Positions 18,363 to 28,241 of a stretch of DNA of 64,000 nucleotides are shown piece after piece. Under the pieces are notes generated by a model, which worked only from the letters and a program-made list of their open reading frames with translations, ran no database searches and was not told the origin of the DNA. The stretch spans positions 3,524-67,523 of the forward strand of contig CALVVB010000001.1 of NCBI GenBank assembly GCA_944363735.1, read 5' to 3'. The translations under genes and the position numbers were made by a program. Source of the stretch: an uncultured Bacilli bacterium (GTDB lineage: Bacteria > Bacillota_I > Bacilli_A > RF39 > UBA660). Numbering within the stretch: the first letter of the stretch is position 1; the number at the start of each line of letters is the position of its first letter.

Positions 18363-19169
18363 TTGAAAGAGTTTTTTGCTTCAGAAATATTTATATATTT
18401 TGTTAGACCTGTTATATATATAGGACTAGCTTATATATTTTATAAATTACTAACATATTTTCTTACAAAAATCCTACATTATAAAAATATAAATAACAAG
18501 AATAAAAAACGTGTTAATACTACATTAAGCATTATAAATAACTGTCTAAAATATATTGTAATATTCCTAACAATTCTAATAATACTAAATAGTTTTGGTA
18601 TTGATGTCAGTAGTATTTTAGCAGGATTAGGAATAGTAGCAGCAGTTCTTACTCTAGCGTTTCAAGATTTAGCTAAAGACTTTATCGCTGGTATTTCTAT
18701 TGTCATGGAAGATCAATTTGAAATAGGTGATAATGTCATGATTAATGGTTTTCGTGGTGATGTTATTGATATGGGACTTAAAACCACAAGAATAAAAGAT
18801 TATAAAGGAGCAGTTCAGATAATATCTAATCATATGATAACAGAAGTTACTAACTATAGTTTAAATCCATCATTAGCAGAAGTTACTATAGCAGTAGATT
18901 CTGATAATGATTTAGATAAAGTAGAAAAAGTTATAAGAAAAACAATGGAAACTATTGATAAAACATATGATTTTCTTAAAGGTCCAACTGAATTATGGGG
19001 AGTTGAAATGGTAGATCAAAATTCTGTAACATATAAAGTTGTAGTTAAAACAAAAACAGGTAAAGATTTTGATATTCAAAGAAGAATGAGAAAAGATCTA
19101 CAAGATAATTTAACAAAAGCAGGTATCAAAATGCCTCAAACACATATGGAGGTTCGTAATGGAAAATAA
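18363..19169 (+). CDS. MscS-family mechanosensitive channel
   Basis: N-terminal TM helices plus an MscS beta-domain-like GDNVMINGFRGDVIDMGLKTTRIKD. TTG start follows AGGAGG. Confidence 0.75.
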   Translation: MKEFFASEIFIYFVRPVIYIGLAYIFYKLLTYFLTKILHYKNINNKNKKRVNTTLSIINNCLKYIVIFLTILIILNSFGIDVSSILAGLGIVAAVLTLAFQDLAKDFIAGISIVMEDQFEIGDNVMINGFRGDVIDMGLKTTRIKDYKGAVQIISNHMITEVTNYSLNPSLAEVTIAVDSDNDLDKVEKVIRKTMETIDKTYDFLKGPTELWGVEMVDQNSVTYKVVVKTKTGKDFDIQRRMRKDLQDNLTKAGIKMPQTHMEVRNGK

Positions 19170-19362
19170 AAGTTATAAATTAGGAGATAGACTAGTATTA
19201 AAAAAAGGACATCCATGTGGTGCGAATGATTGGGAAATAGTAAAACTAGGAGCTGATATTAAATTAAAGTGTACAAATTGTGGAAGATTAGTATTTATTC
19301 CAAGAATAGAGTTAAACAAAAAAATTAAGAAAGTAATAGAAAAGGAGAGTCAAGATGCATAA
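19159..19362 (+). CDS. DUF951 (YyzM-like) small protein
   Basis: GDRLVLKKGHPCGANDWEIVKLGADIKLKCTNCGR pattern. Overlaps both neighbouring genes. Confidence 0.65.
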   Translation: MENKSYKLGDRLVLKKGHPCGANDWEIVKLGADIKLKCTNCGRLVFIPRIELNKKIKKVIEKESQDA

Positions 19363-20959
19363 TAAAAGAAAATTGAAATTAAAAAAATTTTATCTTCATC
19401 CTATTACAGTTTATTTACTTTTAACTTTCCTTATATTAATATTAAGTGCCATTTTATCAGGATTGCAAATGCAAGGAACTTACAATACGATAAGTCCAAC
19501 CACTAATGAATTAGAGAATACACTAGTAACAGTTGAAAATTTATTAAATTTTGACGGAATGAAATATATTTTTAGTAATGCTATGACAAACTTCTTGAGT
19601 TTTGCTCCTCTTGGTATGTTACTTTTAACATTATTTGGTCTTAGTATTGCTAAAGCAACAGGATTTTTAGATACTTTATGTAGAAGATGTTTAATTAAGA
19701 TAGATAAGAAAATATTAACCTTTATTGTAATATTCATAGCAACAATATCATCTTTAATAAATGATGTAGGTTATGTTATCTTAATACCGATATCAGCTTT
19801 ATTATTTATGTTAAATAATAGAAATCCACATTTAGGAATAATAGCTGCCTTTGCAGGAGTTAGTTTTGGTTATGGAGTTTCTATATTTGTAGGAAGCATG
19901 GAAATTAATCTAATTCCAGATACAACAACAGCAGCACGTTTAATAGATACCTCAGCTCATATAAGCCTAACATCAAATTTATTTATAATTATCGCTTTTT
20001 CTATCATTTTATCAATAGTTGGTACTATTATAATTGAAAAAATAATCGCCCCACGCCTTGGAAAATATAAAGAAAAAGAAGAAATATCTAAAACAGAAGA
20101 ATTGGTAATAGTTAATGAATTAGATGCTAAAGAATTAGAACAACAGAAAATTGAGAAAGAAAGAAGAGAAAAAAGAGGATTAAAAGCAGCGATTATAACA
20201 GCGCTAGTAGTAATAATATTATTTATATATTCCATAATACCAGACTTACCATATTCGGGAATGCTTCTAGATATGGAAGAAGATACATATTTAGGTCAAT
20301 TATTCGGTACAAATTCATATTTTCAGGATGGTTTTACTTATATGATGGCCTTACTTTTAGCACTTGTTGGTATTGCATATGGAATAGGTGCTAAAACAAT
20401 AAAAAATGATAAAGATATAATTAATGGTTGTAAAGAAACTTTTGCTCCTATGGGAGAAATATTAATGCTTATTTTTGTAGTATCTCAATTTACATCAGTG
20501 TTTAGACAAACAAATATAGGAATAGTAATTGCTTCATGGTGTGCTAGTGCTGTAGGAAATATAGGATTCACAGGCTTACCTTTAATAATATTTGCTATCA
20601 TAATGATAGGTTTAGCTAATCTTCTTGTCCCAACACCAAGTGCTAAATGGCAAATATTTGCTCCAGTTATGGTACCTGCATTTATGCAATCAAATCTTTC
20701 TGCTCCATTTGCTCAATTCATATTAAGAACAGGTACTTCTTTAACAGCAGGAATAACACCATTACTAGCATGTTTTGCTATTTATATAGGATACCTAAAT
20801 ATTTATAATAAAGATAAGTCTAAACCAATAACTATCCATAAGAGTATAGGATATTTACTTCCATATTTTGGAATTATTGCTATAACTTGGATTCTATTAG
20901 TAATAGGATGGTACTTAATAGGACTTCCATTAGGGCCTGGAGTATATGCAACAATTTAA
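19355..20959 (+). CDS. AbgT-family transporter
   Basis: 534-aa polytopic protein whose N-terminal region and length resemble AbgT/MtrF family members. Confidence 0.65.
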   Translation: MHNKRKLKLKKFYLHPITVYLLLTFLILILSAILSGLQMQGTYNTISPTTNELENTLVTVENLLNFDGMKYIFSNAMTNFLSFAPLGMLLLTLFGLSIAKATGFLDTLCRRCLIKIDKKILTFIVIFIATISSLINDVGYVILIPISALLFMLNNRNPHLGIIAAFAGVSFGYGVSIFVGSMEINLIPDTTTAARLIDTSAHISLTSNLFIIIAFSIILSIVGTIIIEKIIAPRLGKYKEKEEISKTEELVIVNELDAKELEQQKIEKERREKRGLKAAIITALVVIILFIYSIIPDLPYSGMLLDMEEDTYLGQLFGTNSYFQDGFTYMMALLLALVGIAYGIGAKTIKNDKDIINGCKETFAPMGEILMLIFVVSQFTSVFRQTNIGIVIASWCASAVGNIGFTGLPLIIFAIIMIGLANLLVPTPSAKWQIFAPVMVPAFMQSNLSAPFAQFILRTGTSLTAGITPLLACFAIYIGYLNIYNKDKSKPITIHKSIGYLLPYFGIIAITWILLVIGWYLIGLPLGPGVYATI

Positions 20960-20981
20960 ATACCGTAAGGTATTTTTTTTC
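20959..20981 (+). terminator. Rho-independent terminator
   Basis: AATACC-gtaa-GGTATT followed by T8. Confidence 0.75.
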
Positions 20982-21035
20982 TTTAAAATGACTTAAAATA
21001 ATGTTATAATATGAAAGAAGAAAAGAGGTAATATT

Positions 21036-22133
21036 ATGAGTTTAAAAGCAGGAATTATAGGACTACCTAATGTTGGTAAAAGCACACTATTTAATGCTTT
21101 AACTAAAACCCATATTTTAGCAGAAAACTATCCTTTCGCAACCATTGATCCAAATGTAGGAATAGTAAATGTTAAAGATGAGAGAATTGATAAACTAGCT
21201 AGTATGTATAATCCTAAAAAAACAATTTATACAAGTTATGAATTTATAGATATAGCAGGACTAGTAAAAGGAGCAAGTAAAGGAGAAGGATTAGGTAATA
21301 AATTCTTATCTCATATAAGAGAAGTAGATGCTATCTGTGAAGTTGTAAGATGTTTTGATAATGGCAATATTATCCATGTAGATGGCAACATAGATCCTAT
21401 AAGAGATATAGAAACAATTAATTTAGAACTTGCTCTAGCAGATTTAGAAACAATTAATAATAGAATAAATAGAATCAGTAAAAAAGCTAGAATGAGTAAA
21501 GATAAAGATGAACTTTTAGAGTATGAAACCCTAGAAAAGTTAAGAAAAGCTTTAGAAGAAAATACTCCAATAAGACTTTTAGAATTAACAAAAGAAGAGA
21601 AGGCTATTATTAAAAGCTTTAATTTACTAACAGAAAAACCTTTAATTTATCTAGCAAATGTTAATGAAAGTGATTTAGGTGCAAATAATCTCTATGTTAA
21701 AAAAGTTAAAGAATATGCAAGTAAAGAAAAAGCTAAAGTAATAGAAATATGCGCTAAAGTAGAAGAAGAGTTAAGTGAAATAGATGATGAAGATGCTAAA
21801 GAAATGTTGGAAGCTCTAGGACTAGAAAAAAGTGGATTAGATTCCTTAATCGCTGCAACATATGATTTATTAGGACTTTCCACATATTTTACAGTAGGAC
21901 CAGATGAAGTAAGAGCATGGACTTTTAAAAAGGGCATGAATGCTAAAGCCTGTGCAGGTATTATCCATACAGACTTTGAAAAAGGCTTTATTAAAGCAGA
22001 AGTTATTTCCTATGAAGACTTAATAGATTGTGGTAGTGAATTAAAAGCAAGAGAGGCTGGTAAAGCAAGACTTGAAGGAAAAGATTATCTAATGCAAGAT
22101 GGAGATATTTGTCACTTTAGATTTAATGTATAG
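21036..22133 (+). CDS. ychF: Ribosome-binding ATPase YchF
   Basis: GIIGLPNVGKSTLFNALT and a C-terminal TGS-like domain, 365 aa. Confidence 0.93.
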   Translation: MSLKAGIIGLPNVGKSTLFNALTKTHILAENYPFATIDPNVGIVNVKDERIDKLASMYNPKKTIYTSYEFIDIAGLVKGASKGEGLGNKFLSHIREVDAICEVVRCFDNGNIIHVDGNIDPIRDIETINLELALADLETINNRINRISKKARMSKDKDELLEYETLEKLRKALEENTPIRLLELTKEEKAIIKSFNLLTEKPLIYLANVNESDLGANNLYVKKVKEYASKEKAKVIEICAKVEEELSEIDDEDAKEMLEALGLEKSGLDSLIAATYDLLGLSTYFTVGPDEVRAWTFKKGMNAKACAGIIHTDFEKGFIKAEVISYEDLIDCGSELKAREAGKARLEGKDYLMQDGDICHFRFNV

Positions 22134-22142
22134 GAGAGGAAT

Positions 22143-22808
22143 ATGTTTTATATAGAAGAAACAGATAATGAACTAGTAAAATATGAAGTAGAACTAGATA
22201 TTGAAAAATTATCTAGTTTAAAAGTTGAAATAATAGATAACTGCAGTAAAATATCACATCATTGTTATGAAAGTGATTATAGATTAACTTATAATTTTTT
22301 TCAAAACCATGATATTAGAAATTACCACTTTACTGAAACAGGAAAGAAAAAAGATTATTTTGAAGAGCTAAGAAATATTTATAAAATCGAATATGATGAA
22401 TATGAACATCCACTTATTGTAGGTTATATTGATAGTTTGCTAAAAGGAGAAACATCAGTTATATCATCATTAAAAAGCTATTCATCTTTTACCAATCCTT
22501 TAGAAAAAGCGAGAATAAGTGAGAATGAAGCAAAAAGCACTTTAATAAAATATCTCAATAAACCACTTGAAGAAATAAAAGTAGAATCATTAACTCAAAG
22601 TATCCATACCCTATCTCGTTTAAAAGAAGATATAATAATAAATCAAAATCAAAAAAGTGTTGCAGTCTATTATGATGATGTAATGAAATGTATAACATTA
22701 ACAGAAGTTGATAGAATAGATAAAGATGCTATAAGAAAAGTTGAAGAATTTAAAGGTGCTAGTTATACAAAGAAAGGCTCTTTGCCAAATAGTGTAAGTA
22801 GACAATAG
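22143..22808 (+). CDS. Hypothetical 221-aa protein
   Basis: ORF starts 9 nt after ychF. I recognise no family. Confidence 0.45.
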   Translation: MFYIEETDNELVKYEVELDIEKLSSLKVEIIDNCSKISHHCYESDYRLTYNFFQNHDIRNYHFTETGKKKDYFEELRNIYKIEYDEYEHPLIVGYIDSLLKGETSVISSLKSYSSFTNPLEKARISENEAKSTLIKYLNKPLEEIKVESLTQSIHTLSRLKEDIIINQNQKSVAVYYDDVMKCITLTEVDRIDKDAIRKVEEFKGASYTKKGSLPNSVSRQ

Positions 22809-22847
22809 GTTGATGCAAAGAATTGATAATATGAAGGATAGTTTTTA

Positions 22848-23030
22848 TCATCCTTTTATAATGCCAGAAATTAAGAATATTCTAGCGATGAAATGATCAT
22901 ATTTTCTATAACCAAAAGCAATCCTTTTCTTTTTGAGAGAATTCTTTCTTTAGGATTAGACTTATAACAAAGACTAATTTTAGTAGAATTAAGAGCGTTA
23001 TTAGCTTGAACATCAATGTGAAATATATCA
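22848..23030 (-). pseudogene. ISL3-family transposase C-terminal remnant
   Basis: Minus-strand frame reads ..KKKRIAFGYRKYDHFIARIFLISGIIKG*, the ISL3 C-terminal AFGYRN..F..RI signature. Upstream sequence is broken by stops and a frameshift. Confidence 0.5.
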
Positions 23031-23101
23031 AGGAAAAATAAAATGTTCTTGCTTTTTTGGTAAAACTATATTACGATACAACTATATATTAATGAAGGAG
23101 T

Positions 23102-23644
23102 GTGTTTTGTTTTATGGAAGCAATAATAACAGCAATACTATTAAGTTTTATTATCCCTTTTGTTTTTAAAAGTCCTAACAATTTAAATGATGAAAATAAT
23201 GATAATAAAGTTATCTTTGTATTCAATAAAAGAATGAAAAATACTATGTTGTTATGTGCTATATTTTTTATGCTTTTTTCAATATTCTTTTTATTTGTTG
23301 TTTCTTCTGTTGATAAAGATGGCGTTGCTGTTTCTATAATGACGGCTGTTCTATCTTTATTTAGCATGGTAGGTTATATAGTATTTAGAAACAAAAAGAT
23401 AATTTATAAAGATAAAGTTTTTTACGTTTATAATGTGTTAGGTAAAGAGAAGATATTCAATATAGAAGATATAACTAAAGTTATTGACAAATCATTAGCC
23501 GGTATGGAACTTCACTTTAAAAATAATAAGAAAATAAAGATTGATACACAAATGACAAATTATGCAAAAATTAAAGATATATTAGATGGTAATGGAATTC
23601 CTTACAAAGATAAGTATGGTAATACTTTACCAAAAGGATGGTAG
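23102..23644 (+). CDS. Hypothetical membrane protein (N-terminal TM helices plus possible PH-like C-domain)
   Basis: 180-aa ORF. The start could instead be the ATG at 23114. The motif FNIEDITKVI is shared with the 44598 protein. Confidence 0.5.
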   Translation: MFCFMEAIITAILLSFIIPFVFKSPNNLNDENNDNKVIFVFNKRMKNTMLLCAIFFMLFSIFFLFVVSSVDKDGVAVSIMTAVLSLFSMVGYIVFRNKKIIYKDKVFYVYNVLGKEKIFNIEDITKVIDKSLAGMELHFKNNKKIKIDTQMTNYAKIKDILDGNGIPYKDKYGNTLPKGW

Positions 23645-24051
23645 GAATTATGGGAAGACTTTATTTATACTATGAGAACCATAATGATTCAAGTTTAGGT
23701 GATGTATTAAAGGTTAAAATTGATGAAAAAATAACTACAGAAATTTTGAAGAATGAAATATATGAACAAGATCTTGATGATAGTGTTCATAATATAAAAA
23801 TGTATTTTGAAGGCTGGACAAAAGACCAATTAGTAGGATATATAGATCAAGATATTGTTATAAAGGGAAACACATATTATATTTATAAGACTACTTTAAT
23901 GAATAAGGGAAAACTTAATAAGGTTGATTATGATTCTCCTAAAGAGTTTAAGGACAAAGTAAGTAATATAAATAAAAAACATAAAGTTTTAGATTGGATT
24001 TATATAGTAATAACTTTAATAATTATAATTTTAAGCATAATAATTATATAA
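23638..24051 (+). CDS. Hypothetical tail-anchored membrane protein
   Basis: 137-aa ORF with a C-terminal TM (WIYIVITLIIIILSIIII). Overlaps the upstream ORF. Confidence 0.45.
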   Translation: MVGIMGRLYLYYENHNDSSLGDVLKVKIDEKITTEILKNEIYEQDLDDSVHNIKMYFEGWTKDQLVGYIDQDIVIKGNTYYIYKTTLMNKGKLNKVDYDSPKEFKDKVSNINKKHKVLDWIYIVITLIIIILSIIII

Positions 24052-24298
24052 TGGTTAGTGTTTTAAATTCACATGCTCTTCATGAGGTAATTAGTCTAGT
24101 AAATTTTTATGGATTTCACCAAGATTATATATATTTATTAAACTCTAAAAGTAGCAGCATTTACTTGTAGAATTCAGATTTTTGCTGAATTTAAAGAAAA
24201 AGATAGACTTTTCTTTTTTCTTTTGTTATAATACTAGCGAGTATTTAAAATGCTCCTTACCTAGAAATAGGTCTTATGTCCAGAAGGAGGTGTGTTTA

Positions 24299-24586
24299 AT
24301 GACAAATTATGAAATCATGTTTATCGTTAAACCAGATTTAGAAGAACCTGCTATTAAAAAAGAAGCAGAAAATCTAAAGAAAGTTTTAACTGATAGAAAA
24401 TGTAAGATTAATGAAGAAAAAGCAATGGGACAAAAAGAATTAGCTTATGAAATGAACAAATATAAAAATGGTTATTATTTCTTATATGTTGTAGAAGCAA
24501 CTCATGAAGCAATTTCTGAATTTGACCGTCTAGCTCGTCTAAACGAAAATATTTTACGTCATTTAGTTATTAGAATAGACGATTAA
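24299..24586 (+). CDS. rpsF: 30S ribosomal protein S6
   Basis: GAAGGAGGTG precedes the ATG at 24299. Sequence [14 protein letters not shown].. is a typical S6 N-terminus. The tracked ORF start at 24182 is an upstream extension. Confidence 0.92.
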   Translation: MTNYEIMFIVKPDLEEPAIKKEAENLKKVLTDRKCKINEEKAMGQKELAYEMNKYKNGYYFLYVVEATHEAISEFDRLARLNENILRHLVIRIDD

Positions 24587-24600
24587 GAAAAGAGGTATTT

Positions 24601-25101
24601 ATGAATAAAGTATTTTTAATAGGTCGCTTAACTCGTGATCCTGAACTTCGTTATACAGGTAACAATACAGCAGTAGCAAGTTTTACTATTGCCGTTAATA
24701 GAACTTATACTAACCAAGCAGGAGAAAGAGAAGCAGACTTTATACCGGTTGTTGTATGGCGTAGACAAGCTGAAAGTGTTAAAAACTATCTATCACAAGG
24801 TAGTCAAGTAGCAGTAGAAGGCCGCATTCAAGTACGTAATTATGATGATCAAAATGGTGACAGACGTTACGTTACTGAAGTTATTGCTGATAGTGTTGAA
24901 TTTATTGGTTCAAAAAAAGATAGCCAATCTAGTAATTACAATAATCAACCAGCATCGATTCAAGGTAGTCAATCAGCAGAGCCAACTCCATATGACTTCA
25001 AAGATGAAACATCATCTAATAATGGAACTGATATATCAAGTAATCCTTATGCTGATTTCGGAGCAAGCATTGAGATTGATGATAATGAATTACCATTTTA
25101 A
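24601..25101 (+). CDS. ssb: Single-stranded DNA-binding protein
   Basis: OB-fold N-terminus [19 protein letters not shown] and an acidic tail ending DDNELPF. Confidence 0.95.
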   Translation: MNKVFLIGRLTRDPELRYTGNNTAVASFTIAVNRTYTNQAGEREADFIPVVVWRRQAESVKNYLSQGSQVAVEGRIQVRNYDDQNGDRRYVTEVIADSVEFIGSKKDSQSSNYNNQPASIQGSQSAEPTPYDFKDETSSNNGTDISSNPYADFGASIEIDDNELPF

Positions 25102-25121
25102 AAGAAGGGAGGAACAAGTAT

Positions 25122-25358
25122 ATGGCTAAAGACTTTAAAGAACATAAAGAATTTGGACGTCGTAAAAAGAAAGTATGTATAATGTGTACAGGAAAAGACG
25201 TTAATTATAAAGATGTAGAGACATTAAAAAGATTTATAAATGATAGAGGTAAAATAGTTCCACGCCGTGTAACAGGAACTTGTGCTCGTCATCAAAGACA
25301 TATAGCAAGAGAAATTAAAAGAGCAAGAGCTATAGGTCTATTACCATTTACAAAGTAA
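25122..25358 (+). CDS. rpsR: 30S ribosomal protein S18
   Basis: 78 aa with [24 protein letters not shown]. Confidence 0.95.
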   Translation: MAKDFKEHKEFGRRKKKVCIMCTGKDVNYKDVETLKRFINDRGKIVPRRVTGTCARHQRHIAREIKRARAIGLLPFTK

Positions 25359-25382
25359 ATAGCAATAACTATTTACTTTTTT
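25355..25382 (+). terminator. Rho-independent terminator after rpsR
   Basis: GTAAATAG-caataa-CTATTTAC followed by T6. Confidence 0.7.
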
Positions 25383-25448
25383 CATTACAGGTTTTACTTA
25401 TCACTTAAAATAGTATATAATATTACCAAGGGATAAAAGGAGGGTCTA

Positions 25449-26441
25449 ATGAAATTAATAGAGAAAAAAAACGAACTAAAAAGAAAAATAAAAGCTGCAA
25501 AGACAGTTTTTATCATGGCTCATAAAGATTTAGATTTAGATGCCTTAGGTAGTTCCATAGGTCTTTACATCATCTTAGAAAAATTAAATAAAAATTGTTT
25601 TCTAGTTATTAATGATACCAAACATGAATCAGGTGTATCTAAAGTATTCAAAGAGTTGGAAGGATGCTTAAATATAATTAATGGTAACGAAATAGAAAAT
25701 AATCTTTATATAAGAGAAAAGAAGAACCTACTAGTAATATTAGATACAAATAAAGAGGAATTAGTTCAAGCCCCTGATGCCATAAAATATTTTTCTAAAG
25801 AAAATATAGTAATACTAGATCATCATGAACTTGGAGAAACATCAATAGAAGCAAACCTTAGAATAATAGATAATGAGATATCTAGTACTTGCGAAATGAT
25901 TACAAATTTAATAGAGACTTACAAAATGGAACTAGACCCTTATTACGCAACTCTTTTATTATCAGGAATAGTGTTAGATACTAATAACTTTACTTTAAAG
26001 ACAAACTATGAAACATACTATGCTGCTTACTATTTAGCAAGTATGGGAGCAAGTACGAAAAAAGTTCAGTATCTTTTAAAACAAGATTTAAAAGAGTATA
26101 TAGAAAGACAAAAGGTAATAACTAATGTAGATATTATAAATAGTAGAATTGCTATTGCTAAAGGCAGTTCATATACAGTATATCGCAAAGAAGAACTTGC
26201 AAAAATTGCCGATACTCTTTTATTCTTCAATGATATAGAAGCTTCCTTTGTTATCGCTAAAACAGCTTCTAAAACAATTTCTATTAGTGGTAGAAGTTTA
26301 GGTAACTATGACATTTCAAAAATACTTACAAATTTAGGTGGAGGAGGAAATAAAACAGTAGGAGCAGCTAGAATTAGTGACAGTACTATTAGTAAAGTAG
26401 AACTTAAACTAAAACAAATCTTAAAAAAAGAGGAGGAATAG
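25449..26441 (+). CDS. Stand-alone DHH/DHHA1 phosphoesterase in the GdpP position
   Basis: DLDALGS and ILDHHE (DHH) motifs plus DHHA1 GGGGN. Sits between rpsR and rplI, where Bacillus has gdpP (yybT). Confidence 0.75.
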   Translation: MKLIEKKNELKRKIKAAKTVFIMAHKDLDLDALGSSIGLYIILEKLNKNCFLVINDTKHESGVSKVFKELEGCLNIINGNEIENNLYIREKKNLLVILDTNKEELVQAPDAIKYFSKENIVILDHHELGETSIEANLRIIDNEISSTCEMITNLIETYKMELDPYYATLLLSGIVLDTNNFTLKTNYETYYAAYYLASMGASTKKVQYLLKQDLKEYIERQKVITNVDIINSRIAIAKGSSYTVYRKEELAKIADTLLFFNDIEASFVIAKTASKTISISGRSLGNYDISKILTNLGGGGNKTVGAARISDSTISKVELKLKQILKKEEE

Positions 26442-26442
26442 T

Positions 26443-26883
26443 ATGGAAGTAATATTTATAAAAGATTTAAAAGGCCAAGGTAAAAAGGGAGAAATTAAAC
26501 AAGTAAAAGATGGTTATGCTGAAAATTTTCTAATAAAAAAAGGCTATGCTATAAAATCTACTAAAAGTTCGTTAGACAAATTAGAAGATGAGAAGAAAGC
26601 AAAAGCAATAGAAGTAGAAGAAGCTAAAAAAGCTGCTTTAACTCTAAAAGAAAAATTAGAAAAAGTGACTTTGACTTTTAAAGTCAAAACAGGAGATAAT
26701 GATAAAGTATTTGGAAGTATTAGTATTAAACAAATAAAAGAAGCTTTAAAAGAAAAAGGCTATGATTTTGATAAAAGTATGATAAAACTAACAAGTTCTC
26801 CATCATCTTTAGGATTTCATAATATAGAAGTAGAACTATATAAAAATATAATAGCAAAAGTAAAAATACATTTAGTTAAGTAG
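26443..26883 (+). CDS. rplI: 50S ribosomal protein L9
   Basis: [30 protein letters not shown] is a typical L9 N-terminus. Confidence 0.93.
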   Translation: MEVIFIKDLKGQGKKGEIKQVKDGYAENFLIKKGYAIKSTKSSLDKLEDEKKAKAIEVEEAKKAALTLKEKLEKVTLTFKVKTGDNDKVFGSISIKQIKEALKEKGYDFDKSMIKLTSSPSSLGFHNIEVELYKNIIAKVKIHLVK

Positions 26884-26893
26884 GTGATGATTA

Positions 26894-28240
26894 ATGGCTG
26901 TAAGACAGAGCCCTCAAAATTTAGAAGCAGAAAAGAGCGTTTTAGGTTCTTGCTTCTTATCAAATAATGCTTTATTAATGACAATAGAAGCTTTAGATGA
27001 AACAGATTTTTACGATATTAGACATGCTAAAATATTTACAGCATTAAAAAAATTAGTAGAAGAAAAAACACCTGTAGATTTAACAACTCTGACTACAGAA
27101 TTGACTAAATTAAATTACTTAAATGATGTAGGAGGAGTTTCTTACTTATCAGAAATAACAACGTTTGTTCCGACTGCGACTAATATAGAATATTACATAA
27201 AAGAAGTAGAAAATACTTCTCTTCTTAGAAGATTAATAGAAACAGCAGAATCTATCGCTTCTACAGGCTATAACAGTGAAGAAAGTATTGGTGATATTTT
27301 AGATAATGCTGAAAGAAAAATATTAACTATTGCTAAAAATCGTAAAGCTAGTGAGTTTAAATCTATTCAAAGAGTTTTAGAAAAAACAGAAGAGGACCTA
27401 CAAAAATTAGCAGAAACTAAAGGAGAAATAACAGGTATACCTACAGGATGGTATGATATTGATAAGGTAACAGCAGGACTCCATGAAAATGAACTTATAA
27501 TCCTTGCTGCACGTCCTGGTATGGGTAAAACAGCATTTGCTTTAAATCTTGCAACATATATTACAACTCACACTGAAAAAACAGTTGCAGTTTTTAACCT
27601 TGAAATGGGTGCAGAACAATTAGCAAATCGTATTATCTCATCTCTTGGACAAATAGAAGGTTATAAACTTAGAACTGGTAAAATGTTAAATAATGATTGG
27701 AAAAGATTTGATCAAGCCGTTAGTCAGTTAAGTAATGCTAAACTTTATATAGATGATACACCTGGTATAACAATAGGAGAGATTCGTGCTAAATGTCGCC
27801 GTTTATCATCATCTGGAGATGGACTTGATTTAGTGATAATTGACTACTTACAGTTAATATCGGGTGGTAAAAATTATGGTGCTAACCGTCAACAAGAAGT
27901 AGCAGATATTTCAAGAAGTTTAAAAACACTAGCTATGGAGTTACATATCCCAGTAATTGCTCTAGCCCAACTATCACGTAGTGTTGAAGGAAGAGAAGAT
28001 AAAAGGCCGATGTTATCAGATTTAAGAGAATCGGGTTCAATCGAACAAGATGCCGATCTTGTTGGTTTCCTATATCGCGATGATTACTATAATAAAGAAG
28101 CAAAAAATGATGCAACTAGCATTAGTGAATTTATCATTGCTAAACATCGTAGTGGTCCACAAGCAACAATTCAGTTACTCTTTAAAAAAGATACTTCAAC
28201 ATTCTTGAACATGAGTAAAAATGAAATAGAGGAGGAATAA
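26894..28240 (+). CDS. dnaB: Replicative DNA helicase (DnaB family; DnaC in B. subtilis nomenclature)
   Basis: PQNLEAEKSVLGS N-terminus and Walker A ARPGMGKTAFALN, 448 aa. Confidence 0.93.
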   Translation: MAVRQSPQNLEAEKSVLGSCFLSNNALLMTIEALDETDFYDIRHAKIFTALKKLVEEKTPVDLTTLTTELTKLNYLNDVGGVSYLSEITTFVPTATNIEYYIKEVENTSLLRRLIETAESIASTGYNSEESIGDILDNAERKILTIAKNRKASEFKSIQRVLEKTEEDLQKLAETKGEITGIPTGWYDIDKVTAGLHENELIILAARPGMGKTAFALNLATYITTHTEKTVAVFNLEMGAEQLANRIISSLGQIEGYKLRTGKMLNNDWKRFDQAVSQLSNAKLYIDDTPGITIGEIRAKCRRLSSSGDGLDLVIIDYLQLISGGKNYGANRQQEVADISRSLKTLAMELHIPVIALAQLSRSVEGREDKRPMLSDLRESGSIEQDADLVGFLYRDDYYNKEAKNDATSISEFIIAKHRSGPQATIQLLFKKDTSTFLNMSKNEIEEE

Positions 28241-28241
28241 G

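Noticed and set aside
24842-25129. 95-aa plus-strand ORF overlapping the 3' half of ssb in another frame.
   Set aside because: It is an alternate frame of a highly conserved gene, has no RBS and has odd composition, so it is spurious.
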